Shown one piece after another: positions 24,408 through 40,164 of a stretch of DNA of 64,000 bases. The first letter of the stretch is position 1. Each line of letters starts with the position of its first letter. The notes beneath the pieces were generated by a model. It made no database searches, was not told the DNA's origin, and saw only the letters and a program-made list of their open reading frames with translations. Source of the DNA: Octopus vulgaris (lineage: Eukaryota); NCBI GenBank assembly GCA_951406725.2, contig OX597816.1, positions 39,928,001 through 39,992,000 of the forward strand, in the 5' to 3' direction. The translations under genes and the position numbers were made by a program.

Positions 24408-24810
24408 TATCAGCGCCACGAGAACATCGTTGTCTTCGTCTGCCGAAAAAGGCATTTTTTTTTTCAAATACGCCAGCTAAACAAGTTGTACTGTCTATAG
24501 TTGTAAGATACCCGCTGTTTTTGTCCTGCTATTACAATTATTGTTTTTTCTATTTATATTCGTGTGGCATCGTCCGTTTTTCAGTCCTTGTTTCGTATAC
24601 ATTCGATCCTTTTTCCAAGAAATCTAATGCTCGTAGCTTAGTTTTTCCTTGGGGCTGGTCGGATCGGAGCGATCTCAAGATTAATCAGCCGAAATTGCGA
24701 GGATGATCCGGTTCTTGACTGAAGATTAAAGGCTTCGAATGTCCCGTCCGTGTTTTTTGTATCGTCTTCTAAATGTTTTACGTTCTTGTCCCAGTTTGTA
24801 TTTTTCTACA

Positions 24811-24937
<127 letters not shown>

Positions 24938-25648
24938 GACTAAGAATGTTAGTAACAGTGATAAAGAAAAAGACAGGGAGAGAAACTGCAAACTGACTTT
25001 TGTTGTACACTAGTATGATGTACCATAGCTAACTTGACCAAGTTTGATGCTGTGAACCTGATTAATTATCTGTAATAATATTCCGGAAGGGTTTCAACTT
25101 TTAAAAGAAATGAAAGTCAGTATTATTTATAATAAAACAGATATTCGAATGGATAAAATAAGCAGCTAATGCAATTAAGTTTGACCTTTTGATCAATTTT
25201 CTACTGGATGTTGAAACAGTAATTGTTTGATAGTATGGGAACCACTAAATTAGAAGGCATTGAATTTTGGTGCCAGCAGAAACGTTCAAGTATCATTTGT
25301 TTATTTTTTACATACGAGATTTTAGCACTTTCATTCATATTGTCACACTAACAGCAACCTGTAACCTTTGACGAGTCTGGAATATTTGAATATGTGCCAA
25401 CTTTAACATTTACGTGGTTAATTATTTAAGTGAATTACTGTCCTTCAAAATATTGGAGTCGGGACAGCGTCAAATGATAAGTACTCCAAGAGCCTAGGAA
25501 CCAACCCAGTACACTAAAATAGTTTACTCGAAAAAAAGTAACGTCACCGTATATAAACGCACCCCTCCCCGCCCCACACACACAACCTACCAAGCAAGCA
25601 AGCAACCAACCAATAATGACTATTTTTGTCATAGTAGCCAATCACTGG

Positions 25649-25996
25649 GAGGCGTAATGGCCCAGTGGTTAGGGCAGCGGACTCGCGGTTGGAGGATCGC
25701 GGTTTCGATTCCCAGATCGGGCCTTGTGTGTGTGTGTGTGTGTGTTTATTGAGCTAAAGCACCTAAAAGCTCCACGAGGCTCCAGCATGGGGTGGTGGCG
25801 ACCCCTTTTGTACTCTTTCGCCACAACTGTCGAAAGAGCACAACTCTTTCTCACCCTCTCTTCCTCTTTCTTGAGTAACACTGCGATGGACTGACGTCCC
25901 GTCCAGATGGTGGGGAACATATACACCACAGAAACCGGGAAACCGGGCCCATGAGCCTGGCTCGGCTTGAAAAGGGCGACGTTTATCGTTTTTATT
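25649..25996 (+). mobile_element. SINE family A, tail type 2
   Basis: Same head as family A, different 3' third. TSD CAATCACTGG at 25639-25648 and 25997-26006. Confidence 0.85.
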
Positions 25997-27529
25997 CAAT
26001 CACTGGCAAAATCATTAGCAGTGTTAACGTAGCCAGGTTCGAAAGTTAGGGGGAGCGAGCACATATAAAAAAAAAAGGCAGCGTAACACATAGCAAACAA
26101 TTTTTAACTAACTTCTCTTATATTACGCAAAATATTTCATTAGTTATAACATTCGTAATTATATTCTTACAACTACCTGATATAGGTAACTCAAGAATTA
26201 ATTAAAAAAATTGTTGAAAAGGCGCCATTTTAGAAAAATGTGTTTAGGGCGAGCAGTCGCTTCCCTTGCTGCTCTGTTAGTTACGTCACTGGTCAGCACG
26301 CTGGTCAAAATGTTTAGCGGCTTTGATCAGCCCGAGGTCGCAGTAGGAAACACTTGATCAGGGTGCTACGCGGTGGGCCTGAACACAGAACCATGTGAAT
26401 TGGGAAGCAAACTTCATACCACACAGTCACGTCTGCATCTATGTAGAAGATGGTTTTAGGAACCAAAATTTTTCTGCCAGAACTGTTAGGTATTTTTGGT
26501 GTTGTGATAAGAGAATTCTCTATAAATATATGCTTCATGCTTTTGAGAGTAAATTTGTAATAATGGTTTCAAGTTTTAGCACCAGGCCAGCAATTTTGGG
26601 GGGATGGGGTAAGTTGAATAGATCGACCCCAGGATTCAACTGGTACTTATTTTACCGATCCCGAAAGGACGAAAGGCAAAGTCGACCTCGGTGGAATTTG
26701 TACCCAGACCGTAAAATCGGACAAAATGCTGCTAAGCATTTTGCCCGGTTCGGTAACGATTCTGCCAGCTCACCGCCTTAGAGAGAATTTGTAATAATGA
26801 GTGTAAGGTTGACGGCTGATATTAAATAACCAAAAGGAAGCTTGTCAGGTTTGGTTTTATTAGAGGTCAGGGAATAGGGATCAAGATTGGCGTGGAAACT
26901 ATAGATATTCTTGTAGAATAAAGAATATTTCAAACAAATGTTATCTTCTATTCATCTTTCTTCCCTTTTTCTTTTTCTTTTTGAATTCTTAAACGTTTGT
27001 GTTGTGGAAGAAGCGTAGAAAAAAATACAGGCATTATTGATGAATTATTGGAAGGATTAATCACTTCAGAATTTCTTGGACAATATCACGATATAATTTA
27101 TCACTTCCTGCCAAATTATTTGATGCCATCAAAAATCTTTGAATTTCCACATCTCTATGTCAACTCCAGATATTTATAAATATAGCCAACTTTTAACAGC
27201 ATTTTTTTTTCTTAGTTGATGTTGAGATGTATCACTGCATTGAATTTAGAAACCCTTTGCCTGTCCCATGTATCACACGTGATACACAAAGAATATTTTT
27301 TTGTCGTCCATGCATCATAGATGATACAAATTCACTTTTTTTTTATTTCATGTACTAGTGTAATTTGAGACTTATGAAAGTCAAAGCTTTATATTACTGA
27401 GAACATATGAAAAGTCTGAAAACGGACGTTTCGGATAAATTTTAGAAAATATTTTCGGATAAATTTTAGAAAATATTTCGGAGAGGCAAAAGATCAAGAA
27501 TGTACAGAATTAGACTGAGAAACAGAGAA

Positions 27530-27735
27530 TACTCTCTTTACTCTTTTACTCTTTTACTTGTTTCAGTCATTTGACTGCGGCCATGCTGGAGCACCGCCTT
27601 TAGTCGGGCAAATCGACCCCGGGACTTATTCTTTGTAAGCCCAGTACTTATTCTATCGGTCTCTTTTGCCGAACCGCTAAGTAACGGGGACGTAAACACT
27701 CCAGCATCGGTTGTCAAGCAATGCTAGGAGGACAA

Positions 27736-27790
<55 letters not shown>

Positions 27791-27954
27791 CGACAGGCTT
27801 CTTTCAGTTTCCGTCTACCAAATCCACTCACAAGGCATTGGTCGGCCCGGGGCTATAGCAGAAGACACTTTCCCAAGATGCCACGCAGTGGGACTGAACC
27901 CGGAACCATGTGGCTGGTTAGCAAGCTACTTACCACACAGCCACTCCTGCGCCT
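27530..27954 (-). mobile_element. SINE family C
   Basis: Full length; head-to-head with 28108-28525. Confidence 0.9.
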
Positions 27955-28107
27955 ACGTGTACAGATTGCCAAACTTCACCCATTTGATTCACCACTTCAT
28001 ATTATTGTATACATTTTTGGCGGTGGCACGATATATAAGCAACAATAAGTTTTTGTGTGTCACACCTAATTCTTCTTTGGCTGACTTTAGTTGGGATGGT
28101 ACACATA

Positions 28108-28525
28108 ATAGGCGCAGGAGTGGCTGTGTGGTAAGTAGCTTGCCTACCAACCACATGGTTCTGGGTTCAGTCCCACTGCGTGGCATCTTGGGCAAGTGTC
28201 TTCTGCTATAGCCTCGGGCCGACCAATGCCTTGTGAGTGGATTTGGTAGACGGAAACTGAAAGAAGCCTGTCGTATATATATGTATTTATATGTATGTAC
28301 GTGTATGTATATGTTTGTGTGTCTGTGTTTGTCCCTGTAGCATTGCTTGACAACCGATGCTGGTGTGTTTATGTCCCCGTCACTTAGCGGTTCGGCAAAA
28401 GAGACCGATAGAATAAGTACTGGGCTTACAAAGAATAAGTCCCGGGGTCGATTTGCTCGACTAAAGGCGGTGCTCCAGCATGGCCGCAGTCAAATGACTG
28501 AAACAAGTAAAAGAGTAAAGAGTAA
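28108..28525 (+). mobile_element. SINE family C
   Basis: Full-length copy. Confidence 0.9.
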
Positions 28526-28794
28526 AAAGATTATAACAACTAACCTAGCACTGCATAATCTGTTGACATAATCAAGATGCTGAAAAGTGGGATAGAACTG
28601 GAAACCACGGGATTGCCACGCCAAAGTATTTTCGCACGGCTATACCTGCGCCCATTTGTAAAGGTAACTCTTGTCTGCTTCTGAACTTTCCAATTGAATC
28701 TTGTTTCATACAACCTTGCTTAATCTTCTACAGTGTTTTTCAACCCACGTAACTCTCTAAACAGACAAAACCTTTGCTAACCTGATTCTACATA

Positions 28795-29184
28795 GGGGGA
28801 AGCACTCCGTCGGTTACGACGATGAGGGTTCCAGTTGATCCGAATCAACGGAACAGCCTGCTCGTGAAATTAACGTGTAAGTGGCTGAGCACTCAACAGA
28901 CACGTGCACCCTTAACGTAGTTCTCGGGGATATTCAGCGTGACACAGAGAGTGACAAGGCCGGCCCTTTGAAGTACGGGTACAACAGAAACAGGAAGTAA
29001 GAGTGAGAGAAAGTTGTGGTGAAAGAGTACAGCAGGGATCACCACCATCCCCTGCCGGAGCCTCGTGGAACTTTTAGATGTTTTCGCTCAATAAACACTC
29101 ACAACGCCCGGTCTGGGAATCGAAACCGCGTCCTATGACCGCGAGTCTGCTGCCCTAACCACTGGGCCATTGCGCCTCCACCGA
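28795..29184 (-). mobile_element. SINE family A, tail type 1
   Basis: Near-identical to 188-575. TSD TGATTCTACATA at 28783-28794 and 29185-29196. Confidence 0.9.
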
Positions 29185-29489
29185 TGATTCTACATAACAA
29201 CTAACCTGACGAGGCATAATAACTAACTTGACACTATATAACAAATAATCTTGCGCTCATAACAACTCACCTCGTGCTACGTAGCAACTAATCAGACTTT
29301 ACATAACAACATGACTCTATATATAGTAAGTAAAGTCAAAGTATAATGACCTTCTTTCCACGTTGTTTTGTGCAATAAGCTAAAACCAAGACTTTACAAT
29401 GTCACCAAAGCTTACACTGCTGCTAATGTTGAGGCTTTCTTTCAACAGTGAGTTAACAGTATTATTTTTCTCCAATGACAGAGTTATTA

Positions 29490-30014
29490 CCGTAAATCCT
29501 CGAGTATAATCCGCACTCCCCCCCCCCCCCCCCCAAAAAAAATTTAAAGGTCAAAATACCCAGTGCGTATTATACACGAGGTTAAAAATAAAAATCATTT
29601 TCTAAGCAATGTCCGAGTCTCTATTTGCTGTCCGGCAATGTTTATTCAGACGCATTTTGTGATGTCGGGCACGAAAATACCTTAAGTTAAGCCTGAAAGC
29701 AATGAAGTCATAAAAGAATCATCCTTAACTTGCAGTAAGCAACATCTATTAAACGTTATTACTGTTATTTCTTTATTTTCTGCAAACAAAATGCACAAAA
29801 AAGCTACACGTTTGCATTATGTTATATATACAATAATAATAAAGCACGTTACCGTATACATTTTTACAAACCAAGGACGTTATATAGACCTCTTTGACTC
29901 AAGTTAGAGAAGGGGTGCATATTATACACAAAGTTTAGGTTTTTCAGAGGTACAGCCCCCTAAAAATCCCTTGCGTATTATACTCAAGGGCGGACTATAC
30001 TCGAAGATTTACGG
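29490..30014. mobile_element. Tc1/mariner-superfamily (Tc2/pogo-like) MITE
   Basis: TIRs CCGTAAATCCTCGAGTATAATCCGC / GCGGACTATACTCGAAGATTTACGG, TA TSD on both sides, sub-terminal GCGTATTATAC repeats. Confidence 0.85.
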
Positions 30015-31247
30015 TAATTATTAGTTATAACAACTGGAGACGTCATCTCTTTAGTCTAGATCTTAATAATTTATTTGTCGTTTATAGTACACAATGTTAA
30101 GTAAGCTATGTACGAAGGCAAGAATAAACATACGAATTTTTGCATAAGTTTCTATATTTGTTTTTAATATCCGGATCATTTACATTATATATGTACGACA
30201 ATTATTTGAATACATCATACAAGTGATAGTGAATGTGGTATTTACAAATCTTCATGTATTAGCTTTTATTTTATGAATTTATATGACAATTGTTAGTGGC
30301 TACTAAAGAGAGAGAAAAAAAGAAAAGGCGAGAACATCTTATCATAAAACTGACTGACATAGTTTTGTGTAGCATCTTAGATTGTTCTGCACGGAAACGT
30401 AGAAGATGGTGAAAGACAGCTCACGAAAAAAAAGTGGCATGGCTGCGTGTGGAGCACTGGATGATTCATTCTGTTTAAGGTTGAATTCGCCTGCTTTTTA
30501 TATCCATAAGCAAAAGTTTGCAGAACTTTCGATCAAACTGTTGGCGTGGAAACTTGCACACACACTCTTTGAAGTTTCGTTGTGTCACCAACAAGTTGAT
30601 CAATGCTGATTGGTCGATTCATGTTCATGTAGACCTTTATGCTTTATTTAGAAATCTATTTATGCTGAGATTCTAATTAGAAATCTATGCGAGACAGTTT
30701 CAAATCTCGGCAGAGGCCTTGCTACACATCTTTAAGAGAGAACTCTATTTATCACATAAAGAAAAGTAGATTTTTTCCATTTCCACAAAACACATTTTTT
30801 TTTGTGATATTTTGCAGTTCAGACGAATATTCTCGATGAGAAATTTGATATTCTATTTTTCTTCGTTTAACATTCATGTCATGGAAAAAAAGTAGAAAAG
30901 AACGAAAAAGCTGCAGTAAAATTTATAGCAGTATGACCTTAGTACTTATGACATTATCAAATACACGTGAAGACCTGTAACATCTATTTAATACGACGTT
31001 AGTTTTATGTGGAATAGATATTGACTAAAACTTTATGAGAAAACATTAGCATTTTATTTCTTTATCATAAAAATTTAAGATAATGAAATAATTGCAACGT
31101 CAGTACAATGAAAAATAATACATAAAAACTAAACATAAATATATTGCAGTTCAGCCAAGAAAATCTGTGATTATAAATATAAATTCGTACTTAAAAGACC
31201 GATATCTGGTTCCAGTGAAGTTATATCAGCATCATCCATTTTTACTA

Positions 31248-31764
31248 TCTTATAATAATTCTGTTTGTCACTCCGTTACTTAGCCCGTCCATAACGCTTC
31301 TACGTGATTAGTGAAGAGGGAGGGACGGAAGGAATGAAGATGGGATGGAGTGGGAATGGGGGCAAGGGGTGCGGTGAGGGAGAGGGTAGAGGTGGTGGTG
31401 TGTAATATGTGTAATATTTTTTTTGAACTAAGTATTTTTTCTCCGTTACCTAGCCCGTGTGTAACGCTTTCACGTAATTAGTTGAAGGGAAAGGTGAAGA
31501 GCGAAAAAAAAGAGGGTAAGGTGAAGAGTGAGTGAGAAAGAGCGAGAGCGCTGTGTATTAAGTATATAAAGTGTATATATAAAGTGCATTAAGCAACCAC
31601 TGTATTCCAATTTCCTTCACTTTTCAATAATTAGCAGATGAGCGACTATCTCTTTTTATACAGACATAACACAGGTCACGCTTCCAGATTTTTTGGATAA
31701 AGTTTTCAGAAATAGCCCAATAAGTTTACCATTAATTCCGTGAAATATTCACGGGTCTTGCTAG
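31248..31764 (+). mobile_element. Non-autonomous Helitron
   Basis: A|TC start, hairpin CCGTGAAATATTCACGG at 31738-31754, CTAG|T end. Confidence 0.6.
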
Positions 31765-31995
31765 TTTTTACTAAGCTAGCATGGCTGGGTCTGTTATGCT
31801 ATAGCATATCGCCTCCTGTTTTTAGTCCGTCTTGTATCATCTCATCCACGAAGCCATCATATTGATTTCTGACCTTATTACTTATTCCCTTGTCTTCCAT
31901 ATCCTTCATAGACACTTCTCCAGTGCAACTCTCAACCTTTCACATTGTACAACGCTTCTCAAACTGACAAATCCCAGCCCCACACCAAAGTATTA

Positions 31996-32943
31996 TTTTC
32001 TACTTTAGGCACAACGCCCGAATTTTTCGGGAAGGGGGCCAGTCGATTAGATCGACCGCAGTACGCAACTGGTACTTAATTTATCCACCCTGAAAAGATG
32101 AAAGGCAAAGTCGACCTCGGCGGAATTTGAACACAGAACGTAAAGACAGACGAAATACCTATTTCTTTACTACCCACAAGGGGCTAAACACCGAGAGGAC
32201 AAACAAGGACAGACAAACGGATTAAGTCGATTAGATCGATCCCAATGCGTAACTGGTACTTATTTAATCGATCCCGAAAGGATGAAAGGCAAAGTCGACC
32301 TCGGCGGAATTTGAACTCAGAACGTAACGGCAGACGAAATACCTATTTGTTTACTACCCACAAGGGGCTAAACACAGAGAGGAAAAACAAGGGCAGAAAA
32401 ACGGATTAAGTCGATTAGATCGACCCCAATGCGTAACTGGTACTTATTTAATCGACCCCGAAAGGATGAAAGGCAAAGTCGACCTCGGCGGAATTTGAAC
32501 TTAGAACGTAGCGGCAGACGAAATACCTATTTTTTTTACTACCCACAAGGGGCTAAACACAGAGGGGATAAACAAGGACAGACATAGAGATTTAGTCGAT
32601 TTCATCGACCCCAATGCGTAACTGGTACTTAATTTATCGACCCCGAAAGGATGAAAGGCAAAGTCGACCTCGGCGGAATTTGAACTCAGAACGTAGCAGC
32701 AGATGAAATACCTATTTCTTTACTACCCACAAGGGGCTAAACACAGAGGGGACAAACAAGGACAAACAAACGGATTAAGTCGATTACATCGACCCCAGTG
32801 CGTAACTGGTACTTAATTTATCGACTCCGAAAGGATGAAAGGCAAAGTCGACCTCAGCGGAATTTGAACTCAGAACGTAGCAGCAGACGAAATACCGGTA
32901 AGAATTTCGTCCGGCGCGATAACGTTTCTGCCAGCTCGCCGCT
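31996..32943 (-). mobile_element. SINE family D multimer: four 184-bp bodies, one head, and a terminal body with a different tail
   Basis: Units start at ~32159, 32343, 32527 and 32712, with the same junction as the 9030-9998 array. Confidence 0.9.
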
Positions 32944-34180
32944 TTCCCCACACCAAAATATTAGTGAAACTTACGTTCCCAACCCTCATCTTCAGTAATG
33001 CGGTGACAAAATAGAGTTAGTATTCATATATTTCTTCCATCATCATAGTATTGGACACGTCAATATCTATAAATCTGAAATGAGAAAGTTTTGTTTGTTT
33101 GTCTGGTTTTGGCATTGGAACGGGTTAAAGGACATTAGATCCTGTCGGAGTGACTCCAAAATTTATAGGGACATGTAAAATGAAGTGAGGATGTGAGTGG
33201 GCTAGGTTAGAAATCCCTATCTTAAAAGGTGTCGTTACTAGGGCAAAAAGCGCAAACTTTGACAAGTCTTCTCTCATTCTCTTATCTGCTTATCTTCCTC
33301 CGTCTCTCTCTGTTTCCTCCCTTCCCTTCACTTTCTCTCTATAACGACGTTTGACAGCTATCTTTTCCCCGCTGCCTTCGCCAGCGCTGTCACTCTTTCC
33401 CTCACCGCCTCCCCCTCTCTCTCTCTGTACATCTGTCTGCATTCATAGAGTTTTATTATAGCCACCACCACACAATCATGAGAACAAATATTATGAATCA
33501 GATATTTATTAGGTTAATTTATATATGTGTGTGTGTGTCTGTATCTATATATAAATATGTATATATAATGTATATATACAAAGTGTATATATCTGTATTT
33601 ATATATATAGACCTGAACTAACTAGATGTAGGGAGGGAGAAAAAAAAACAAGTAATAGAAAAACAAAAGTTCTGTGATATAGAGATAAATGTCTGATAAT
33701 AGGTTTTAAGGTTTTGTTTTGGGGGTGAGGGTCATAAATCACTTCCTAGTTTCGGCGGGGAAGGTTGAAATTTGATATTATTGTGATGAGTGGTCAGTCT
33801 ACATTTATCCATTACTATAGGTTTATAGCTTTATGTTTATAGTGTGTATATGCGTGCATATACACACACACATACATACATACATACATACATATATACA
33901 TGCATACACAGGCGTAAGTACGTACATACATACATACATACATACATACATACATACATACATGCATACATGCGTGTATGCATACATACACACATACATA
34001 CGTACATATATATGACGAACTAACTTACTTTCTCAGATGCAGCACGGATTTTTGTCAGTGAACAGGTCGCGGATTTTAGCGACGAAAATATTTTGACAAA
34101 TTAAACTTAAATGTTGAAGTGAATCGAACGGCTTTTGTGTGTTTCTTAAATGGCTTACAAACACCTTCCACGCTGCAATT

Positions 34181-34227
<47 letters not shown>

Positions 34228-34271
34228 GTATACATTTGTATATATAATGCATACACACACACACACATGCG

Positions 34272-35929
<1,658 letters not shown>

Positions 35930-36465
35930 GCGTGCATTATGAGGTCGGTTGAGCTGAAAATATGCACATCTATGTTAAAAGTGCTGGCGAGTTTGCATGG
36001 CAACTATTTTTTTCCTCAAATGAAAGGCGTGACCTCTAGGACAAAATTCCTCATCTTTTAAAATGTGGCCCGATTACACCCGAATGAAATCGGCTTATAT
36101 TAACCAAACAAGTAAAACAATGAAAAACTATGCCATTTTAATCCCAATAAGGTCGGATATCTCTGTAGGTCTACTACATATTTGTGGAAAGGGCAGACGT
36201 TGTTTCACAAGGAAGTTATACAGGCAAAAGTGTTAGTAAATATGGTAGGATTCAGTTGAAAATTTGCACACCTATGTTAAAAGTCCTGGCGAGTTTGCAT
36301 GGCAACTTTGAGTTTGCTCAATTGAAAGATGTGGCCTCTAGGGCAAACTTTCTCATCTTTAAAGTGTGGCCTGCGTAGACCCGAATGAAATCGAGTTATA
36401 ATACCGAAACAAATAAACTAATGATAAACTATTTTGATCCCGAGCAAGTCCGGGTTTCTCTGCTA

Positions 36466-37186
36466 TCTATATATAAAAGAGGCTTTGGGTCAAAATTGTG
36501 TGCACGTTTTGCTACGTCAGAGGTTGGCGGCCACATCAGTGGTCAGATCGAGCTGAAAATTGACGCAGGCATAGAAGGCGTGATGAGGCAGAGTTGAGTA
36601 GGTTAAAACTCACCATCTGGAAAGATGTGGTTGCTATGGTGAGAAGATTCAAGGCGGATATAAGCCCCTCCAGATTGGCGCGATTAGCATCTAATCCTGT
36701 ATATAAAATGAAGAAGGCGAACGTTGATACAAATTGGATTTTTATGTAAAAAGGGGTCTAAATGGGGCTGGAAGGGGATTCAAATTTACAGGAGGGGGCT
36801 AACGTGAAGGTGGGGGATTGATTGGGAGACGTTTTGTGGCGCTACAGTGGTTGCTTTGGTTTGAAAACTTGGATTTTATTGATTTTGGGGGACACTTGGT
36901 GGTCTAGATCGGACACCTTTTGCCCGATTTCAATCAAATTTTCAACATGGTAAAATGGAAGCGGATTTGTAATTTAAACGCGGAAATCTAATTTTTTTTA
37001 TAAATGGCAGAGAGATAGATAGAGAAAGATAAAGGGTAAGAGAAAGCGAGGGAAAGTCCGAAAGGAGGAGTAAGAGAGTGGGAAATAAGAAAGGATAGAG
37101 AAACGAAGAGGAAGAATGTGGCAATAAGAAACAGAAAGTAACAACCACAACCTCACCCGCGCGTAGAGCGGGTCACCTTAAGCTAG
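36466..37186 (+). mobile_element. Non-autonomous Helitron, directly preceded by another Helitron-like 3' end (~35930-36464)
   Basis: A|TCTATATATAAAA start, hairpin CCCGCGCGTAGAGCGGG, CTAG end. A related copy at ~42735-43830 is interrupted by family E. Confidence 0.7.
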
Positions 37187-38744
37187 CTTTAAATATTTTT
37201 AATTTAAACAAATATAAAACACACTGAAATGAAACCTACAACAATGTTTGTTAAGTTCAATAACAACTTCATCGTTTCTTGGACGAATGTTCAGACGAAT
37301 ATGTAAGTTAAATATTACCTTCTGTCTGTTGACTCCTTCTGTATTTGGTTGTTACACTTGCTAAAGCAAAAAAAAAAAAAAAAAAGAAAGAAGTAAATAT
37401 GTTGAACCAAATGGATGCAGTGTTCATATCGCTGTTTGAGCAATTTGGATAGCGTGAGCAGTTTTTAATTCATTCCGAAAACTTTAAAAATTAAAAAGCT
37501 GCAATATTTTCAAAATAGCATCAGCTTTCTATCAATAATTTCTTCTCTTGACTCTTGAGAAAGTTCTTCAGTATCATGCAAAAACGGATTCGTTCTCCTA
37601 TTGTATTTTTTAAAATTTGCAATCTCGGTGAAGTGTATTTAATGAACTGTCATGTTAAGTTATGTTTAGTTCAATGATTAAATATTACAGACCCTTGATT
37701 CCTTAGAATTATAGCTATGAAAAGCATCTTAATATTATTAAACATGACAATTTGTCCCATTCTTCTATCAATCCTCACAGCACTCCGCGAGAAACACTAT
37801 TCAAGCACTTTTAGTTACGCATCCATTTGATGCTTTTGTAGCAGACTCGAAACTGAATCGACAAATTGTCACGTAAACACCATGGCTTAGTAACAGCCAT
37901 TTCATGTGGTCGGCCGATTAACTCACCAATTAGCATCAAGCCATCATTTGATGCATCCTTTTAGAACTTTCTAGAACGTCTCTTATCGAGGCTTATAAAT
38001 AGACAAGTTTTAGCGCCAACTCTTCGCGGAGTGTCGAAAGCAACTGAACGAAATGCGCCTCCACTAGTGCTTGGCATATTTGAGCAGAAACCGGCCAATC
38101 CAGTTCACACGTCTCATCTCTTGCCACAGACTGTGGAGAATCATCGCCAAACCAACCACGTTCCCGCTTTACTGCATTTAACAGTCGTTCTAACGACTTT
38201 TTATTAAACCGAATAGACAACAGCTACAGTTTTGCTGCCATGAATCCAGCGTGATATACACTTCTGTTGTGACAGCATATTAACAGAGCCTATTTAACCA
38301 ACGATTTTGTTATAACTACAGAATTGTCCTTTCAGCATCATACAACAGTACTCAATTCAGTACTGTTCTGGGTGCACTGTCAATTGCTATGTACACACAC
38401 ATAGGTGTGTGTACACACACATAGGTGTGTGTACACACACACATAGGCATTTCACACACTACAACTCTGCAGGAAGATCTTTCATATCATGGATTGAGAA
38501 TACACTCACTCGCTCACCTGAGCTTATTTTGCAGTCAGTTTTGAAACGTGCACCTGCGCGCCTGTGAAACGTGCACCCTCACGCGCTCATTTGCTATACT
38601 GCCCAGTCACTGACTGCACACATTTTGGCACACAAAGTTACACCGCTATTCGAAATAAACCGAATAGAAAACTGTCCCGTATACACTTCAATGATCCTCT
38701 CTCTTGATATGCAAAATTTTTCCTCAACCTTGCATTTCTTTCCC

Positions 38745-39630
38745 TCCTTCGATCGTTCGTTTCCTTTCCCGGAGCCTCACTGGGGAGGGGAGTGATGTAG
38801 TGGATTTTGCAGGCAAGAAGTGGATTCGATCCACCATAGCCAACTTTCAAGTAACAGCTCAACAGAACTTTTCTCACGGTAAAACAATAGTTTTTCTGTG
38901 ACAGTTTACATTTGCCAGATGCCATAACTAGGCCGAAATAATGTCTTCACCACTTGGCCCTTCTAACCTCTTATAAGCCACCAAAAGCTAGAATTAAGAT
39001 AACAAGTACCACCAATGAAATCCATTGTTCTCAACGATATGTCTACCCTTCTGGATAGTTATAAAAACAAGAACCCACCAGCAAAAATCAGTTAGCCGAT
39101 GACAACTCGAGGGAATGGACAACTAGTCATGGCCACAAGCAGGCAGCCAAATGGTCAGAGGGAGAAATGAAGTTTACAATCAGCAACTACAAGACAACTT
39201 GCCGCGATTCTCTCACTCTCGCTAGCTCACTTTATTTTCTTTTCCAACATCATTCTATTTCTATCAGTAATTACTACTATACAATGACGAGAAGACAAAC
39301 ACAAACTATACAAGGAAAATTTACATCTATCTTTACTTCGTATGCATTACGATTTCATCAACTGCCCGTCGAGGCAAGGTATTATATACAATGTATGGCA
39401 AATAAATATTTTCTTCACAACTTCAATCACTGTTTTTTCATCTTTACATAATGGCAATCAACGAAGAACCAATCCTTACAAACAGACTACATCTATCCTG
39501 CTGTGTATCAACTATCGTTTATCATATTATTATTATCAAATTAAATTTCAACCGTACAAATCAACCGCTATTGTGTACCAAATCAACCTCTACCGTTACA
39601 TATTTTTACTGTCACAAATTGGTGACTCAA
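38745..39630 (+). mobile_element. Possible Gypsy LTR-retrotransposon 3' end (polypurine tract plus LTR)
   Basis: CACTGGGGAGGGGAGTGA followed by TGTAGTGG at 38796 fits a PPT/LTR junction. The right end (..GTTACA ~39628) is uncertain and there is no partner LTR. Confidence 0.35.
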
Positions 39631-40164
39631 CCGTTACATTATGTATGTATGTATGTATGTATGTATGTATGTATGTATGTATGTATGTATGTATGTATGT
39701 ATGTATGTATGTATCTACGTAGGTACGTACCTACGTACGCATGCATGTATGCATGTGTGTATGTATAAAATCGATTCCGCCAAATGCAAAACTATGATGA
39801 ATGAAATTTTAATGCAACAAACTGATAGCTTGCCTACAGTAAGACACTAAATTATTCTGGCTCTGTTATAAATGTATTATATAACAAATCAAGAATAAAA
39901 CGTGTTTTACCAACTGTACGTATTTATGTAATTAGATTCTTTAAGTTTCAAGAAATATTCATTTTTAAGAGCGGGAAACAATACTTGTTTATTTTGAAAT
40001 TTTCACAGATCAAATTGTTCAAATTAAAATGATTTATAATGTTACAATTATTTACTCGGCCTCTTGATATGAAACTAAATTTAAACAAAAACGAAGTGTT
40101 TTATTACGTTTTATGGAGAAAGGTCTTTGATTTTCTTCGTTCAAATATCCTTCTTTATATTTCA

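Noticed and set aside
37409-37829. Short inverted ends CAAATGGATGC/GCATCCATTTG; also CCCTTTGCCT/AGGCAAAAG at 27253-27492
   Set aside because: Probably decayed DNA-transposon relics, but the TIRs are too short and TSDs are not evident.
37890-38300. LTR-like segments with TATAAATAG (also 41180-41800)
   Set aside because: No paired LTR, primer-binding site or internal ORF could be established.
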